Positions 48,606 through 59,510 of a stretch of 64,000 nt of DNA are shown in pieces; the first letter of the stretch is position 1; every line of letters begins with the position of its first letter. The DNA comes from Clostridium sp. (GTDB taxonomy: Bacteria; Bacillota; Clostridia; Lachnospirales; Lachnospiraceae). The notes below the pieces were generated by a model. The model ran no database searches, had not been told where the DNA came from, and saw only the letters and a program-made list of their open reading frames with translations. Location: positions 12,117-76,116 of the forward strand of contig JAMPFU010000012.1 of the NCBI GenBank assembly GCA_023664385.1. The letters run 5' to 3'. The translations under genes were made by a program, and so were the position numbers.

Positions 48606-49340
48606 TTACAAATACTCGATTCCCACAAGGGTAAGCCCGCATGCCTCCACCTTTGGTCCTGCACAACCCCTGTCACATGCCTCAAGAATTTCCTTAACAT
48701 GCTCCGGCTCGTACATACCCATTCCACATTTTAAAAGCGTACCCATGATAATTCTCACCATATTGTACAAAAAGCCATAGCCCTTAATCTGCATGATTAT
48801 CATGCTTCCCTCACGGCGAAAGCTTATGTCCGTAACGTGCCGCACTGTCGTCTCAACCTGCGTTCGCGCAGAGCAAAATGATTTAAAATCATGCTCTCCT
48901 ATCAGGTAGTCTGCTGCCCGCTGCATTTTCTCAATGTCAATTTTATAGTAGACAAACTTAGAATAAAGCCTGACAAGCGGATTAGGAAATTTTGCATTCC
49001 ATATTTTATATTCGTAGGTTTTTATCGTATCGCAAAACCTTGGGTGAAAATCATCTGCCACCTGACTGGATTCCTGTATTCTTATATCATTGGGCAGCCT
49101 CTGATTCAGTGCATAGGAAATTTTTTCCGCAGGTATTCTTGTAACTGTATCAAAAACGGCTACATTTCCGAGGGCATGCACCCCTGAATCTGTGCGGCTC
49201 GCACCGATTACTGCAATTTCCTCCCCAAGAAGCCTGGAAAGCTCCCTGTTTAATACTTCCTCAATCGTGATTCCATTATCCTGAATCTGCCACCCGCAAT
49301 AGTTGGTACCATCATAGGCAACAATAAGCTTAACTCTCAT
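48606..49340 (-). CDS. truA: tRNA pseudouridine(38-40) synthase
   Basis: 'MRVKLIVAYDGTNYCGWQIQ' and the conserved TruA core. Confidence 0.9.
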   Translation of the reverse strand: MRVKLIVAYDGTNYCGWQIQDNGITIEEVLNRELSRLLGEEIAVIGASRTDSGVHALGNVAVFDTVTRIPAEKISYALNQRLPNDIRIQESSQVADDFHPRFCDTIKTYEYKIWNAKFPNPLVRLYSKFVYYKIDIEKMQRAADYLIGEHDFKSFCSARTQVETTVRHVTDISFRREGSMIIMQIKGYGFLYNMVRIIMGTLLKCGMGMYEPEHVKEILEACDRGCAGPKVEACGLTLVGIEYL

Positions 49341-49383
49341 TATTTTTTCCTCTCACATTATTGAACGCCAGCCGTTCCATATA

Positions 49384-50184
49384 TCAAAACTTTACTGCCA
49401 GCCATATGGAAGACACCGTTACGGCAAGCAATACAACATACCCTATCACATCATTCACATCATAAATAAGAGGGTTGAGCTTTGTTCTTCCCTTACCTCC
49501 CATATAACATCTCGCATCCATTGCATCACCCAAACGTCCTGCCCTGTCAATGGCATTTTGAAAAAGCGGCACGATAACATTTCCTATTTTTTTAATTCTT
49601 GCCTTTGGACTTCCACTTTTGAAATCCACCCCTCTTGCATACTGCGCCTTTAATATTCTGTCAAGCTCTCCCGACAAAACGGAAACAAACCTAAGGGCTA
49701 TCGTTATTCCCATTGCAACACCGCCGCTTAAATGAAAGCATTTTTCCAGTCCGTCAGTAAGCTCTGACGGAGTTGTGGTGTACATGAGCATGGACGACAT
49801 CAGTATAATAAGCATCATTCTCCAAAATATAAAACCAAATTTTATAATGCCTTCAAGCGTTACCGACAGTCTGCCGACATGATATAGGACTTGTCCTGCT
49901 GTGGTAACGATATTGACAGCAGAGCAAAGCAAAATAAAAATAAATATGCCTCTCGTTCCCTTTACTATCATTCTGAAATTCACCCTGCTTAGTAATACCG
50001 AAATCAAAAATACGGCTGTCAATATTCCGAATAAATACAAATTTCTGTCTATCAGCAGCATTATAATATATACAATAACAAATCTGATTTTAACCCTTGG
50101 GTCAAGTCTGTGAATACAGGAATCAGCACTGCAATACTGACCCAGCGTAATATCCTTTAACATTACAATGCCACCTCCTTGCAA
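49384..50184 (-). CDS. ecfT: Energy-coupling factor transporter transmembrane protein EcfT
   Basis: About 265 aa and polytopic, at the position of B. subtilis ybaF/ecfT. Confidence 0.85.
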   Translation of the reverse strand: MQGGGIVMLKDITLGQYCSADSCIHRLDPRVKIRFVIVYIIMLLIDRNLYLFGILTAVFLISVLLSRVNFRMIVKGTRGIFIFILLCSAVNIVTTAGQVLYHVGRLSVTLEGIIKFGFIFWRMMLIILMSSMLMYTTTPSELTDGLEKCFHLSGGVAMGITIALRFVSVLSGELDRILKAQYARGVDFKSGSPKARIKKIGNVIVPLFQNAIDRAGRLGDAMDARCYMGGKGRTKLNPLIYDVNDVIGYVVLLAVTVSSIWLAVKF

Positions 50185-50196
50185 AAATGGAAATCA

Positions 50197-52038
50197 CTAC
50201 TTTAATGTGGCTTTAATGGCGTTTACTGCTCCATCCACATCCGTCTCGAAACAATCAACCTCAAGTCCCATGCTTCGCAAAACTACAAGTAGCTGCATTC
50301 CCACAGGCAGGTACTCCAAGGCTCCATATTTCATATACATATGATAAAATGCTTCCCTTACATCACTAAATTCCTCGGCACCCTTATCCTCAAACACAAG
50401 CACTCTATCCGCATATTTTGCTATGCTCTCCATATCATGGCTTACGGCTATTATTGTAATGCCAGCCTCCTTGTTAAGCGCATTTATTATCTCAAGCATC
50501 TGCCTTTTCCCCTCAGGGTCAAGCCCTGCAACAGGCTCATCAAGAATGAGATAATCCGGCTGCATTGCCAAAATTCCTGCAAGCGCAACCCTGCGGCGCT
50601 GCCCTCCCGAAAGCTTATCAAGCGGAAGGTCGTACACATCTTCAGGAAGCCCTACAAGCTTAATGGACTCATAGGCTCTTTTTTCTGCCTCCACCTCGGA
50701 TATGCCTATATTTCTCGGTCCAAATACAACGTCCTCGTAAACATTTTTTGCAAAAAGCTGCTGCTCCGGGTACTGAAATACATACCCTACCTTACATCTT
50801 ATTTTCCTTATATCCGTATACTTATCCCAAAGGTCCACGCCGTCAACATATATGTGTCCGTTTTGGGGTTTAAGCAGCCCTGGGATATGCTGTAAAAGCG
50901 TTGTTTTTCCTGCGCCGGTTCTTCCAATGATGGCAACATACTCTCCTTTGGAAACCGAGAAAGAAACATGTTCAAATATTTTTTTATTGCCATAGGAAAA
51001 GCTTATGTCATCTGCAAGTACAGCCTGCATGGGATTTATCTCTTTGTGCGACTTTCTCTCATTCGGCATTTTTGTATGCAAAAAAAATCTGTGTGGAAAT
51101 CTTGATTTAATGGAATTTGCCATGTCATTAATCCCATACAGGTCAGGTGCAGCAGTAATTCCTGCCTCAAACAGCTTTTTTCCAAGTCCTGCACACGCAG
51201 GAATATCAAGTCCAAATGTAAGAAGCTCCTTCTCCCTTGCAAAAATATCCTTTGGTCTTCCCTTCATGGCAATCGTTCCATTATGCATAATATAAACCAT
51301 ATCCGCATAGGAAAGCTCCTCCATAAGATGGGTTATCATAATAACCGTAATACCCAGCTTCTCGTTTAACTGCTTGATTGCATCCAGTATTTCTTTTCTT
51401 GACTGAGGGTCGAGCATGCTGGTAGCCTCGTCCAAAACGATACATTCAGGCTCCATTGCAAGAACCCCTGCAAGCGCCACCTTCTGTTTTTCCCCTCCTG
51501 ACAAATCATTTATTCTTTTATAAAGCATTTTTTTTCTGTCAGATGCGGCTTTTTTACTGTTTTTTTTGTTGGTATTACCGTATACTACAAGTCCTGCCAT
51601 TTCAATGGCGGATATAACCCGCTCCCAAAGCTTTATCTGTGGTACTCCGATATTTTCTGCTCCAAATGCAACATCCTCGGCAACAATGCTTCCAATAAGC
51701 TGGTCGTCAGGGTTTTGAAATACCATTCCAACATGTTTTCGTATTTCAATCACATTATCCTCATCCATTGCATCAAGTCCCGATATCAATACCGTACCTT
51801 CAATCGGAACTACAAGACGATTTAGTATCTTGGCAAAGGTACTCTTGCCTGAACCGTTTTTTCCTGCAATGGCAATAAAATCGCCCTTTTGGGCATCAAA
51901 ATGAATGCCCCGTATAGCATTTATCATTTCTGTCAGATATCCATCATCGTCCCTATCAAAATATTCAAATGTAAGGTCGCGTATTTTTATCATAATTTGT
52001 AACGAAAAAGCTGCCACATACAGTGCCAGCCTTTTCAT
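50197..52038 (-). CDS. ecfA: Fused tandem ECF-transporter ATPase (EcfA1-EcfA2 in one 613-aa ORF)
   Basis: There are two complete ABC modules (Walker A 'GKNGSGKST' / 'GRTGAGKTT', signatures 'LSGGEKQK' / 'LSGGQRRR', Walker B 'VLDEATSMLD' / 'ILDEPVAGLD') in one continuous frame. The alternative start at 51993 (MIKIRDL) is possible. Confidence 0.8.
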   Translation of the reverse strand: MKRLALYVAAFSLQIMIKIRDLTFEYFDRDDDGYLTEMINAIRGIHFDAQKGDFIAIAGKNGSGKSTFAKILNRLVVPIEGTVLISGLDAMDEDNVIEIRKHVGMVFQNPDDQLIGSIVAEDVAFGAENIGVPQIKLWERVISAIEMAGLVVYGNTNKKNSKKAASDRKKMLYKRINDLSGGEKQKVALAGVLAMEPECIVLDEATSMLDPQSRKEILDAIKQLNEKLGITVIMITHLMEELSYADMVYIMHNGTIAMKGRPKDIFAREKELLTFGLDIPACAGLGKKLFEAGITAAPDLYGINDMANSIKSRFPHRFFLHTKMPNERKSHKEINPMQAVLADDISFSYGNKKIFEHVSFSVSKGEYVAIIGRTGAGKTTLLQHIPGLLKPQNGHIYVDGVDLWDKYTDIRKIRCKVGYVFQYPEQQLFAKNVYEDVVFGPRNIGISEVEAEKRAYESIKLVGLPEDVYDLPLDKLSGGQRRRVALAGILAMQPDYLILDEPVAGLDPEGKRQMLEIINALNKEAGITIIAVSHDMESIAKYADRVLVFEDKGAEEFSDVREAFYHMYMKYGALEYLPVGMQLLVVLRSMGLEVDCFETDVDGAVNAIKATLK

Positions 52039-52060
52039 AATCCTCTACTTTAATTTATGC

Positions 52061-52597
52061 TTATACAAGCTCAAGTATAACCTTCATAGCTCCGTCTCCA
52101 CGACGCTCGCCAACCTTGATTATTCTAGTGTATCCACCCTTACGTGATGCATACTTTGTACCATACTCATCAAAAAGCTTTGCAGTAAGGTCAATCTTCT
52201 TTGTTCCAGCCTTTCTTCCAGCAGCCTCAGTAGGAACCTCAACTACAGGATAAAGAACCTGAAGCATCTGTCTTCTGACATGAAGTCTGGAAGGCTGATC
52301 CTTCTTGATTGTCTTTTGTACCTCATCGTACACAGTTACCTTCTTACCGTCAACAACTTCCTTAACTCTCTTGCCGTCCTTATCCTTTCTTGCAACCTTT
52401 GCAGTTACCGTAACCTCATCGAAGTTATCCTTTTCCTTAATTGCAAGTGTGATAAGATGCTCTGCAATTTTGCGGACTTCCTTAGCCCTAGCCTCAGTCG
52501 TTTCTATTTTTCCATGATAAAGTAACTGTGTTACCTGATTACGAAGTAACGCCTTTCTCTGATCTGATTTCTTTCCAAGCTTTCTATACATAGCCAT
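52061..52597 (-). CDS. rplQ: 50S ribosomal protein L17 with an internal insertion of about 55 aa
   Basis: The N-terminus '[17 protein letters not shown]...ETTEARAKE' and the C-terminus '[17 protein letters not shown]' match L17. The middle '[39 protein letters not shown]' is extra. Confidence 0.9.
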   Translation of the reverse strand: MAMYRKLGKKSDQRKALLRNQVTQLLYHGKIETTEARAKEVRKIAEHLITLAIKEKDNFDEVTVTAKVARKDKDGKRVKEVVDGKKVTVYDEVQKTIKKDQPSRLHVRRQMLQVLYPVVEVPTEAAGRKAGTKKIDLTAKLFDEYGTKYASRKGGYTRIIKVGERRGDGAMKVILELV

Positions 52598-52691
52598 GTT
52601 AAATTATCCTCCTTACCTCTAATTTACATTAGGGTCTTCACTTTGCTTACTTAATCCTTCGGCTTAAGTGGATATTGTCCTAAAGCCTTGC

Positions 52692-53648
52692 CTAATCATC
52701 ACCTGCTTTAAGTGATAAACCAAGCTCCTTCAGCTTACCGAGAACCTCCTCAAGAGACTTACGTCCAAGATTTCTAACCTTCATCATATCCTCAGAAGTC
52801 TTGTTTGTAAGCTCCTCCACAGTATTGATGCCTGCTCTCTTAAGGCAGTTATAGGAACGGACGGAAAGCTCAAGCTCATCAATGTTCATCTCAAGCACTT
52901 TTTCCTTGGCATCATCGGTCTTTTCTACCATTACATCAACCGTCTTTGCATTTTCAGACAAATCGATGAAAAGATTAAGATGCTCGCTGAGTACCTTTGC
53001 CGCAAGACTTACAGCCTCATCAGGCGGAAGCGTACCATTGGTAAACACATCAAGCGTAAGCTTGTCATAATCTGTAATCTGACCGACACGTGTATTCTCA
53101 ACAGTGAGATTTACACGCTCCACAGGCGTATATATGGAGTCAATGGCGATTGCATCAATAGATGAATCAAGCTCCTTATTTTTATCAGAGCCTACATAGC
53201 CTCTGCCGTTTGTGATGGTAAGCTCCATCTCCAGCTTTGCTTCCGGACCACTTAAATTTGCTATCACAAGATCTGGATTTAATATTTCAAGGTCACCATC
53301 CACCTGAATGTCACCTGCTGTTACCACGCAGTCACCTGATGCATCAATATATCCCTGCTTTACCTCGCTAGCAGAGCCATTGTTTTTGATGCAGAGCTCC
53401 TTTATGTTCATAACGATTTCAGTTACATCCTCTTTCACTCCCGGAATTGAAGAAAACTCATGCAATACGCCCTTAATTTTAACGAGGCTCACTGCCGTTC
53501 CAGGCAATGATGACAACATAATTCTCCTAAGTGAATTACCAAGTGTTGTACCATATCCTCTTTCCAAAGGCTCAACTACAAATCTGCCGAACGTATTATC
53601 CTCAGAAATTTCAGCGATGTCAATTTTAGGTTTCTCAAATTCAAACAC
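52692..53648 (-). CDS. rpoA: DNA-directed RNA polymerase subunit alpha
   Basis: '[22 protein letters not shown]'. Confidence 0.95.
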   Translation of the reverse strand: MFEFEKPKIDIAEISEDNTFGRFVVEPLERGYGTTLGNSLRRIMLSSLPGTAVSLVKIKGVLHEFSSIPGVKEDVTEIVMNIKELCIKNNGSASEVKQGYIDASGDCVVTAGDIQVDGDLEILNPDLVIANLSGPEAKLEMELTITNGRGYVGSDKNKELDSSIDAIAIDSIYTPVERVNLTVENTRVGQITDYDKLTLDVFTNGTLPPDEAVSLAAKVLSEHLNLFIDLSENAKTVDVMVEKTDDAKEKVLEMNIDELELSVRSYNCLKRAGINTVEELTNKTSEDMMKVRNLGRKSLEEVLGKLKELGLSLKAGDD

Positions 53649-53707
53649 TATTGCCCCTCCTTTTAGGTGATAGGAATACTCCTATCGTTTATAAGTTACA
53701 TTAGCTT

Positions 53708-54301
53708 TTACTTTGAATATAACTCGACAATAAGGGTCTCATTTACAGGAACGTCAATCTGCTCTCTAAGTGGTCTTTCCAGTACCGTTCCGCTTAATGA
53801 TTCAAGATCTGATTCCATCCAGCCAGGGGTTGTGTGTCCCGTATTCGCCTCTACTATATCCTTATATCTCTGAAGTGATTTGCTCTTTTCTCTTATTTCA
53901 ATCTTGTCTCCTGCCTCAACTCTGTAGGAAGGAATGTTGACGCACTTGCCATTTACTAATACATGCTTATGGTCAACAATCTGTCTTGCTTCTCTCCTTG
54001 TTCTGGCAAAGCCCATACGGAAAACGATGTTGTCAAGTCTAAGCTCAAGCAGCATCATAAGGTTAGGACCTGCAAGACCAGGCATCTTCTGTGCCTTTTC
54101 AAATAAATTACGGAAAGGCTTTTCAAGTACACCATAAATAAACTTAGCCTTCTGCTTCTCACGAAGCTGCATACCATACTCGCTTACCTTTCTGTTTGCT
54201 CTATTTAACTTTCTTTTTGACTTTTTATTTACGCCGAGATACATTGGCTCCATACCCAAAGATCTGCATCTCTTAAGAACTGGGGTTCTATCTACTGCCA
54301 T
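53708..54301 (-). CDS. rpsD: 30S ribosomal protein S4
   Basis: The start at 54301 (MAVDRTPVLKRCR) follows TAGGAGGT. The ORF-track start at 54349 would overlap rpsK. Confidence 0.95.
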   Translation of the reverse strand: MAVDRTPVLKRCRSLGMEPMYLGVNKKSKRKLNRANRKVSEYGMQLREKQKAKFIYGVLEKPFRNLFEKAQKMPGLAGPNLMMLLELRLDNIVFRMGFARTRREARQIVDHKHVLVNGKCVNIPSYRVEAGDKIEIREKSKSLQRYKDIVEANTGHTTPGWMESDLESLSGTVLERPLREQIDVPVNETLIVELYSK

Positions 54302-54318
54302 TTTCTTTGTACCTCCTA

Positions 54319-54717
54319 TTAAACTCTTCTTCTTTTTGGCGGACGACATCCGTTATGTGGAACAGGAGTCACGTCTCTTATGCTGACAACCTCAAGACCG
54401 CAAGCGGAAAGCGCACGTATAGCCGCCTCTCTACCTGAACCAGGTCCCTTTACCATAACGTCAATTGTCTTAAGACCATATGGTAAAGCAGCCTTTGCTG
54501 CTGTCTCTGCTGCCATCTGTGCAGCGTAAGGAGTAGACTTCTTTGAACCTCTAAAGCCCAATCCACCAGCACTAGCCCAGGATAATGCGTTACCCTCGGC
54601 ATCCGTCAATGTAACAATTGTATTATTAAATGATGACTGAATATGAGCCTGTCCACGTTCAACGTTTTTTCTGACACGCTTCTTTGTCACTTTTTTAGTA
54701 GTAACCTTCTTAGCCAT
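54319..54717 (-). CDS. rpsK: 30S ribosomal protein S11
   Basis: Sequence pattern. Confidence 0.95.
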   Translation of the reverse strand: MAKKVTTKKVTKKRVRKNVERGQAHIQSSFNNTIVTLTDAEGNALSWASAGGLGFRGSKKSTPYAAQMAAETAAKAALPYGLKTIDVMVKGPGSGREAAIRALSACGLEVVSIRDVTPVPHNGCRPPKRRRV

Positions 54718-54735
54718 TAACCTAAACCTCCCTGA

Positions 54736-55104
54736 TTACTTCTTCTTATTAGCTACCGTCTTCTTAGGACCTTTACGGGTTCTTGCGTTTGTCTTAGTCT
54801 TCTGACCACGAACAGGCAATCCCTTTCTGTGACGGATTCCACGATAGCAGCCAATTTCCTGTAAACGCTTAATATTAAGAGCTATCTCTCTACGTAAATC
54901 TCCCTCTACAACCTGAGTTTCATTGATAACTTCACTGATTCTCTTAACCTCATCATCAGTAAGGTCACGAACTCTTGTATCCGGATCTACATTTGCTTCT
55001 TTAAGAATTCTTGCTGAAGAAGTCCTGCCTATACCATAAATATAAGTAAGACCTATCTCGACACGCTTCTCTCTTGGTAAATCAACACCTGAAATACGAG
55101 CCAT
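54736..55104 (-). CDS. rpsM: 30S ribosomal protein S13
   Basis: The start '[10 protein letters not shown]' at 55104 follows GGAGGT. The ORF-track start at 55158 adds 18 unlikely codons. Confidence 0.95.
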   Translation of the reverse strand: MARISGVDLPREKRVEIGLTYIYGIGRTSSARILKEANVDPDTRVRDLTDDEVKRISEVINETQVVEGDLRREIALNIKRLQEIGCYRGIRHRKGLPVRGQKTKTNARTRKGPKKTVANKKK

Positions 55105-55445
55105 TCTAAATATACCTCCGAAATTTTCTTCTTGCACCTTTTTCTGCTTTTTCGGCATCCTTTGTCCTGAATTGGTGCATGATATCCAAATACAAAGGTG
55201 AAATGTGTACCGATGGTAACAGAAAAACTAATCTGTAATAGTTATATAAATAGCATATCAAATGCTACAGCCGCTTTTTTGTTGATAGAAAACTTTATTT
55301 TCTATCCGCAAGGTCCTTCGGACCGTGCTATCAGTTAGTAACGTGATATGGAATGGTATCACGTGCACAAATACAAGGCGCATTTACAGATGGGCCATCA
55401 TCCTACACACCTTGTTCTAACTTTTTTGTCAATGGTTTAAAATGA

Positions 55446-55559
55446 TTAACCCTGACGCTGTTTGTGCTTTGGGTTTTCGCAGATTATACGAATACTGCCT
55501 TTTCTTTTAATGACTTTGCACTTATCGCAAATTGGTTTTACTGATGCTCTAACCTTCAT
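55446..55559 (-). CDS. rpmJ: 50S ribosomal protein L36
   Basis: Manual translation gives [37 protein letters not shown]. It is absent from the ORF track because it is shorter than 60 aa. Confidence 0.9.
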   Translation of the reverse strand: MKVRASVKPICDKCKVIKRKGSIRIICENPKHKQRQG

Positions 55560-55689
55560 TAAAATGCACTCCTTTCGATACAACTTAAAAAAGTCCGCTA
55601 CAAATTGATATTCTAACATTTTCCAGAATATAATGCAAGCAGTTTTTTAATTAATTTATCAATAATTTGGCTGTTTTAAAGGCTTTTTG

Positions 55690-55908
55690 CTATTTAGCCC
55701 TCCAAGTGATTCTTCCTTTTGTAAGGTCATATGGTGAAAGTACAACCGTAACCTTATCTCCCGGAAGAATTTTTATATAATTCATTCTGAGCTTTCCGCT
55801 TATATGTGCAAGAACCTTGAGTCCATTTTCCAGCTCAACCTGAAACATTGCGTTTGGAAGCTTCTCAAGGACTACACCTTCCATTTCTATTTCGTCTGCT
55901 TTTGGCAT
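55690..55908 (-). CDS. infA: Translation initiation factor IF-1
   Basis: Sequence pattern. Confidence 0.95.
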   Translation of the reverse strand: MPKADEIEMEGVVLEKLPNAMFQVELENGLKVLAHISGKLRMNYIKILPGDKVTVVLSPYDLTKGRITWRAK

Positions 55909-55950
55909 ATATATCTCCTCCTATACTCTGCTGCACGCTTACATGTGCTA

Positions 55951-55995
55951 GTCCTAAGACATCCTCCCACTTCGTGGGTCCCTCCTTAGGACATA
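55951..55995. repeat. Second copy of the 45-nt nested-hairpin element, abutting the map stop codon in the map-infA spacer
   Basis: See the 9090-9136 entry. Confidence 0.6.
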
Positions 55996-56763
55996 CTATA
56001 ACTCAATTCCCTCTGCCCGTGACAGAATAATCGGATCGCCCTCCGTTATAAGAATTGTGTTCTCATAATGGGAGGAAAGCTCCCCGTCTGCCGTAACGAC
56101 TGTCCAGTCATCGTCCAGCCATTCTACCTCATAGGTTCCTACGTTAATCATAGGCTCTACCGCTATCGTCATTCCTGCTCTCAGCTTCGGACCCTTTCTC
56201 GGTCTTGTAAAATTTGGAATTTCAGGCGCCTCATGCAAGTTTGTACCTACACCATGACCTACCAAATCCCTTACAGCAGAGTAACCTCTTGCAGTAATAT
56301 AATCAAATACTGCCCTTGAAATATCATTTACATGATTTCCGTCCCTGCACACCTTCAATGCTTCAAAAAAGCTTTCCTTCGTAACCTTCATAAGTCTTTC
56401 CGCCTTCTCGCTTACCTTTCCTACAGGATAGGTTCTTGCGGAATCAGAATGATAACCCTTATATATTACACCTGCATCAAGACTTATGATGTCGCCTTCC
56501 TGAAGGATTCTATCCCTAGAAGGAATCCCATGCACAACCTCATCATTTACGGAGGTACATATTGATGCCGGATAACCATTATAGTTTAAAAATGATGGTA
56601 CACACCCATAGCTTTTAATTACGTCCGCCCCAAGCTTATCAATATCATAGGTTGATATGCCCGGCTTAATTATCTTTCGGATTTCCTCATGCGTTATGGC
56701 AAGTATTCTGCCTGCCTCCTTCATAAGCTCAATCTCTCTATGGGATTTAATAATAATAGCCAT
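55996..56763 (-). CDS. map: Methionine aminopeptidase type I
   Basis: Sequence pattern. Confidence 0.95.
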   Translation of the reverse strand: MAIIIKSHREIELMKEAGRILAITHEEIRKIIKPGISTYDIDKLGADVIKSYGCVPSFLNYNGYPASICTSVNDEVVHGIPSRDRILQEGDIISLDAGVIYKGYHSDSARTYPVGKVSEKAERLMKVTKESFFEALKVCRDGNHVNDISRAVFDYITARGYSAVRDLVGHGVGTNLHEAPEIPNFTRPRKGPKLRAGMTIAVEPMINVGTYEVEWLDDDWTVVTADGELSSHYENTILITEGDPIILSRAEGIEL

Positions 56764-56767
56764 TTTT

Positions 56768-57418
56768 TTACTCTCCTAAAATGCCTACAATTGCATTAAA
56801 TACATCCTTCATATCCTTTGTTCCGTCAACCTCAGCAATAACGCCCTTCTTTGTATAATAATCAATAAGAGGCTGCGTCTGCTCATGGTAAACGGAAAGT
56901 CTGTTAAGAACCGTCTCAGGCTTATCATCATCTCTTAAAATAAGGTCCTCGCCGCATTTATCACATTTTCCCTCTACCTTTGTAGGATTGTACTTAATAT
57001 GATAGGTTGCGCCGCAGCCTACACATGCCCTTCTTCCTGACATTCTGTTTACGATGTTTTCATCTGGCACCTCCACATTGATTGCATAGTCAATGCTCTC
57101 ACCGGCTGCTGAAAGTGCTTTGTCTAACGCTTCTGCCTGTGGAATTGTTCTTGGGAAACCATCAAGCACATATCCGTTTTTGCAGTCGTCAGCCTTAAAT
57201 CTATCCATAATAAGGTCTACAACAAGCTCATCCGGTACAAGAAGTCCCTTATCCATATACTCCTTCGCCTTTGCGCCAAGCTCTGTTCCATTTTTTATGT
57301 TTGCCCTGAATATATCCCCTGTTGAAATGTGTGGAATAGAATATTTGTCTGCTATCATCTTAGCCTGTGTTCCTTTTCCTGCACCAGGTGCACCCAACAT
57401 AATAATCTTCATAAACAT
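56768..57418 (-). CDS. adk: Adenylate kinase
   Basis: '[11 protein letters not shown]' and the zinc-lid cysteines. Confidence 0.95.
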   Translation of the reverse strand: MFMKIIMLGAPGAGKGTQAKMIADKYSIPHISTGDIFRANIKNGTELGAKAKEYMDKGLLVPDELVVDLIMDRFKADDCKNGYVLDGFPRTIPQAEALDKALSAAGESIDYAINVEVPDENIVNRMSGRRACVGCGATYHIKYNPTKVEGKCDKCGEDLILRDDDKPETVLNRLSVYHEQTQPLIDYYTKKGVIAEVDGTKDMKDVFNAIVGILGE

Positions 57419-57524
57419 TACCTCCTAAATTTTTTTGAACATTACCGCATTTCATATACGGTTTTACAAAACAAGTTATAAAACTAGGAATTGGGCTGCC
57501 GTATTTTCACAGCAACCCTTATTC

Positions 57525-58844
57525 CTAACTATTTAAAAATCCTGAATAATTCCTAACAATCATTTTTGATTCTATCTGCTTTATTGTCTCAACGATTACA
57601 CCAACAATGATGATAAGCGATGTTCCACCGAAGGACACGCTTGCACCAAACCAACCGTTAAAGAAGATTGGAATGATAGCGACTATGATAAGACCAACAG
57701 CGCCAATAAACACGATATAATTGAGTATCTTATTCAGATAATCCTGTGTCGGCTTACCCGGTCTTATACCCGGTATAAAGCCTCCGCTTCTTTTCATGTT
57801 ATTTGCTATCTCCATCGGATTAAACGTAACCGATGTGTAGAAATAAGCAAAGAAGAAAACCAAAAGGATATATACCAAAAGTCCTATGCTTGCCCAAGGA
57901 TGATCCGGATTACACCAATAGGACTGATTCATGCCCTCAAAAATCTTCGCCCAAGTTCCTGATACGTTAATGCTGAACAGACTTGTAACAACTGATGGCA
58001 CCGAAAGGATTGACGATGCAAAGATGATAGGAATAACGCCTGAGGTATTCACCTTCAGCGGAATGTGGCTTGCCTGTCCGCCAACCATTCTTCTTCCCTG
58101 AACCTTCTGTGCATATTGAACAGGTATTTTTCTTACACCGTCCTGAAGCAGCACTACAAGAACGATTGTAACGATTACAACTGCCAATATAACCACAACA
58201 GCGATTGTCTGATTTACAATATCCTTACCCTTTACAAACATCACGTAAAGATTATAAAAATCATCAGGCATTCTTGAAACAATATTGATTAAAAGTATAA
58301 TTGATATACCGTTTCCAACACCGTAATCCGTAACCTTTTCCCCAAGCCACATAACAAATGCGCTACCTGCCGTAAGTGTAACAATAACAGTAAAATAACC
58401 AAGCGTCGTGTTTATGGTGAAATAATGTCCTCTGTCAAAGCCTATGGAAAGACCAAGGCTTTCAATGACAGCGAGAAGCAGGGTCACATACCTTGTGATT
58501 GCCGTCATCTTTTTACGTCCGTCCTCACCATCTCTCTGCATCTCCTCAAGAGCCGGAATGGCTATTGTGAGAAGCTGTATGATAATTGAGGATGTGATGT
58601 ATGGCGTTACATTTAGGGCAAATATGGTCATCTGTGTAAATGAACCACCCGTAAAGGTTGCAAGCAAATTACCTGCACCGGAATCACCAAACATAGAGTC
58701 CATATATGCCTTTATGCCCTCTGTGTCAAGACCAGGAAGCGGAATATGGGAACCAAGTCTTATGACAACCATGATAAAGAATGTAAAAAGCAAACCATTT
58801 CGTATATCCTTTACTTTAAGGGCGTCTCTCAAGGTTTTGAACAT
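57525..58844 (-). CDS. secY: Preprotein translocase subunit SecY
   Basis: Sequence pattern and synteny. Confidence 0.95.
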   Translation of the reverse strand: MFKTLRDALKVKDIRNGLLFTFFIMVVIRLGSHIPLPGLDTEGIKAYMDSMFGDSGAGNLLATFTGGSFTQMTIFALNVTPYITSSIIIQLLTIAIPALEEMQRDGEDGRKKMTAITRYVTLLLAVIESLGLSIGFDRGHYFTINTTLGYFTVIVTLTAGSAFVMWLGEKVTDYGVGNGISIILLINIVSRMPDDFYNLYVMFVKGKDIVNQTIAVVVILAVVIVTIVLVVLLQDGVRKIPVQYAQKVQGRRMVGGQASHIPLKVNTSGVIPIIFASSILSVPSVVTSLFSINVSGTWAKIFEGMNQSYWCNPDHPWASIGLLVYILLVFFFAYFYTSVTFNPMEIANNMKRSGGFIPGIRPGKPTQDYLNKILNYIVFIGAVGLIIVAIIPIFFNGWFGASVSFGGTSLIIIVGVIVETIKQIESKMIVRNYSGFLNS

Positions 58845-58846
58845 AC

Positions 58847-59287
58847 CTAAACCACCTCAACTTTTCCACCAAGCGCCTCGATTTTCTCAGCGGCAGCTTT
58901 ACTGAAAGCGTTTACCTTAACAGTAAGCTTCTTAGTTAACTCTCCATTTCCCAATATCTTAACACCATCTCTTGGATTCTTGACAACACCTGCCTCAATC
59001 AGAGTTGCAACCGTTACCTCAGAACCGTCCTCAAATCTTTCAAGAGCAGACAGATTGATTGCAACGATTTCCTTGTGATTTCTGCAAGTGAATCCTCTCT
59101 TTGGTATTCTTCTATAAAGTGGCATCTGACCACCTTCAAAGCCTGGTCTAGGTGCACCTGAACGAGCCTTCTGGCCCTTGTGTCCCTTACCTGCGGTCTT
59201 GCCATTTCCTGAACCATGTCCACGGCCTCTCCTGAAATTACCGCTTGTCACAGCACCATCAGCAGGCTTTAAGTTCGATAAATCCAT
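58847..59287 (-). CDS. rplO: 50S ribosomal protein L15
   Basis: Sequence pattern. Confidence 0.95.
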   Translation of the reverse strand: MDLSNLKPADGAVTSGNFRRGRGHGSGNGKTAGKGHKGQKARSGAPRPGFEGGQMPLYRRIPKRGFTCRNHKEIVAINLSALERFEDGSEVTVATLIEAGVVKNPRDGVKILGNGELTKKLTVKVNAFSKAAAEKIEALGGKVEVV

Positions 59288-59313
59288 GACTGTACCTCCT
59301 AATTCAAATACTA

Positions 59314-59496
59314 TTAAACTTCCTCTACCTTAACTAAGTGACTAACCTGTTTTACCATTCCAAGTGTTGCTGCATTATTTGGAAGCTCAACGCTCTTATT
59401 AAGCTTTCTAAGTCCAAGTGCCGCAACGGTAGCTCTATGCTTTGGAATAGCTCCGATAGGTGACTTAACTAACGTAACCTTTAACTTATCTGCCAT
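59314..59496 (-). CDS. rpmD: 50S ribosomal protein L30
   Basis: Sequence pattern. Confidence 0.95.
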   Translation of the reverse strand: MADKLKVTLVKSPIGAIPKHRATVAALGLRKLNKSVELPNNAATLGMVKQVSHLVKVEEV

Positions 59497-59510
59497 TTTT
59501 AAATCCCTCC

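Noticed and set aside
48484-48780. 98-aa + strand ORF
   Set aside because: It overlaps truA antisense and the rplM leader, and is a shadow ORF.
51993-52038. Alternative start for the fused ecfA gene at 51993 (MIKIRDL)
   Set aside because: It could not be resolved. The 52038 start has a weak GAGGA 3 nt upstream and the 51993 start has no SD. I kept the ORF-track coordinates.
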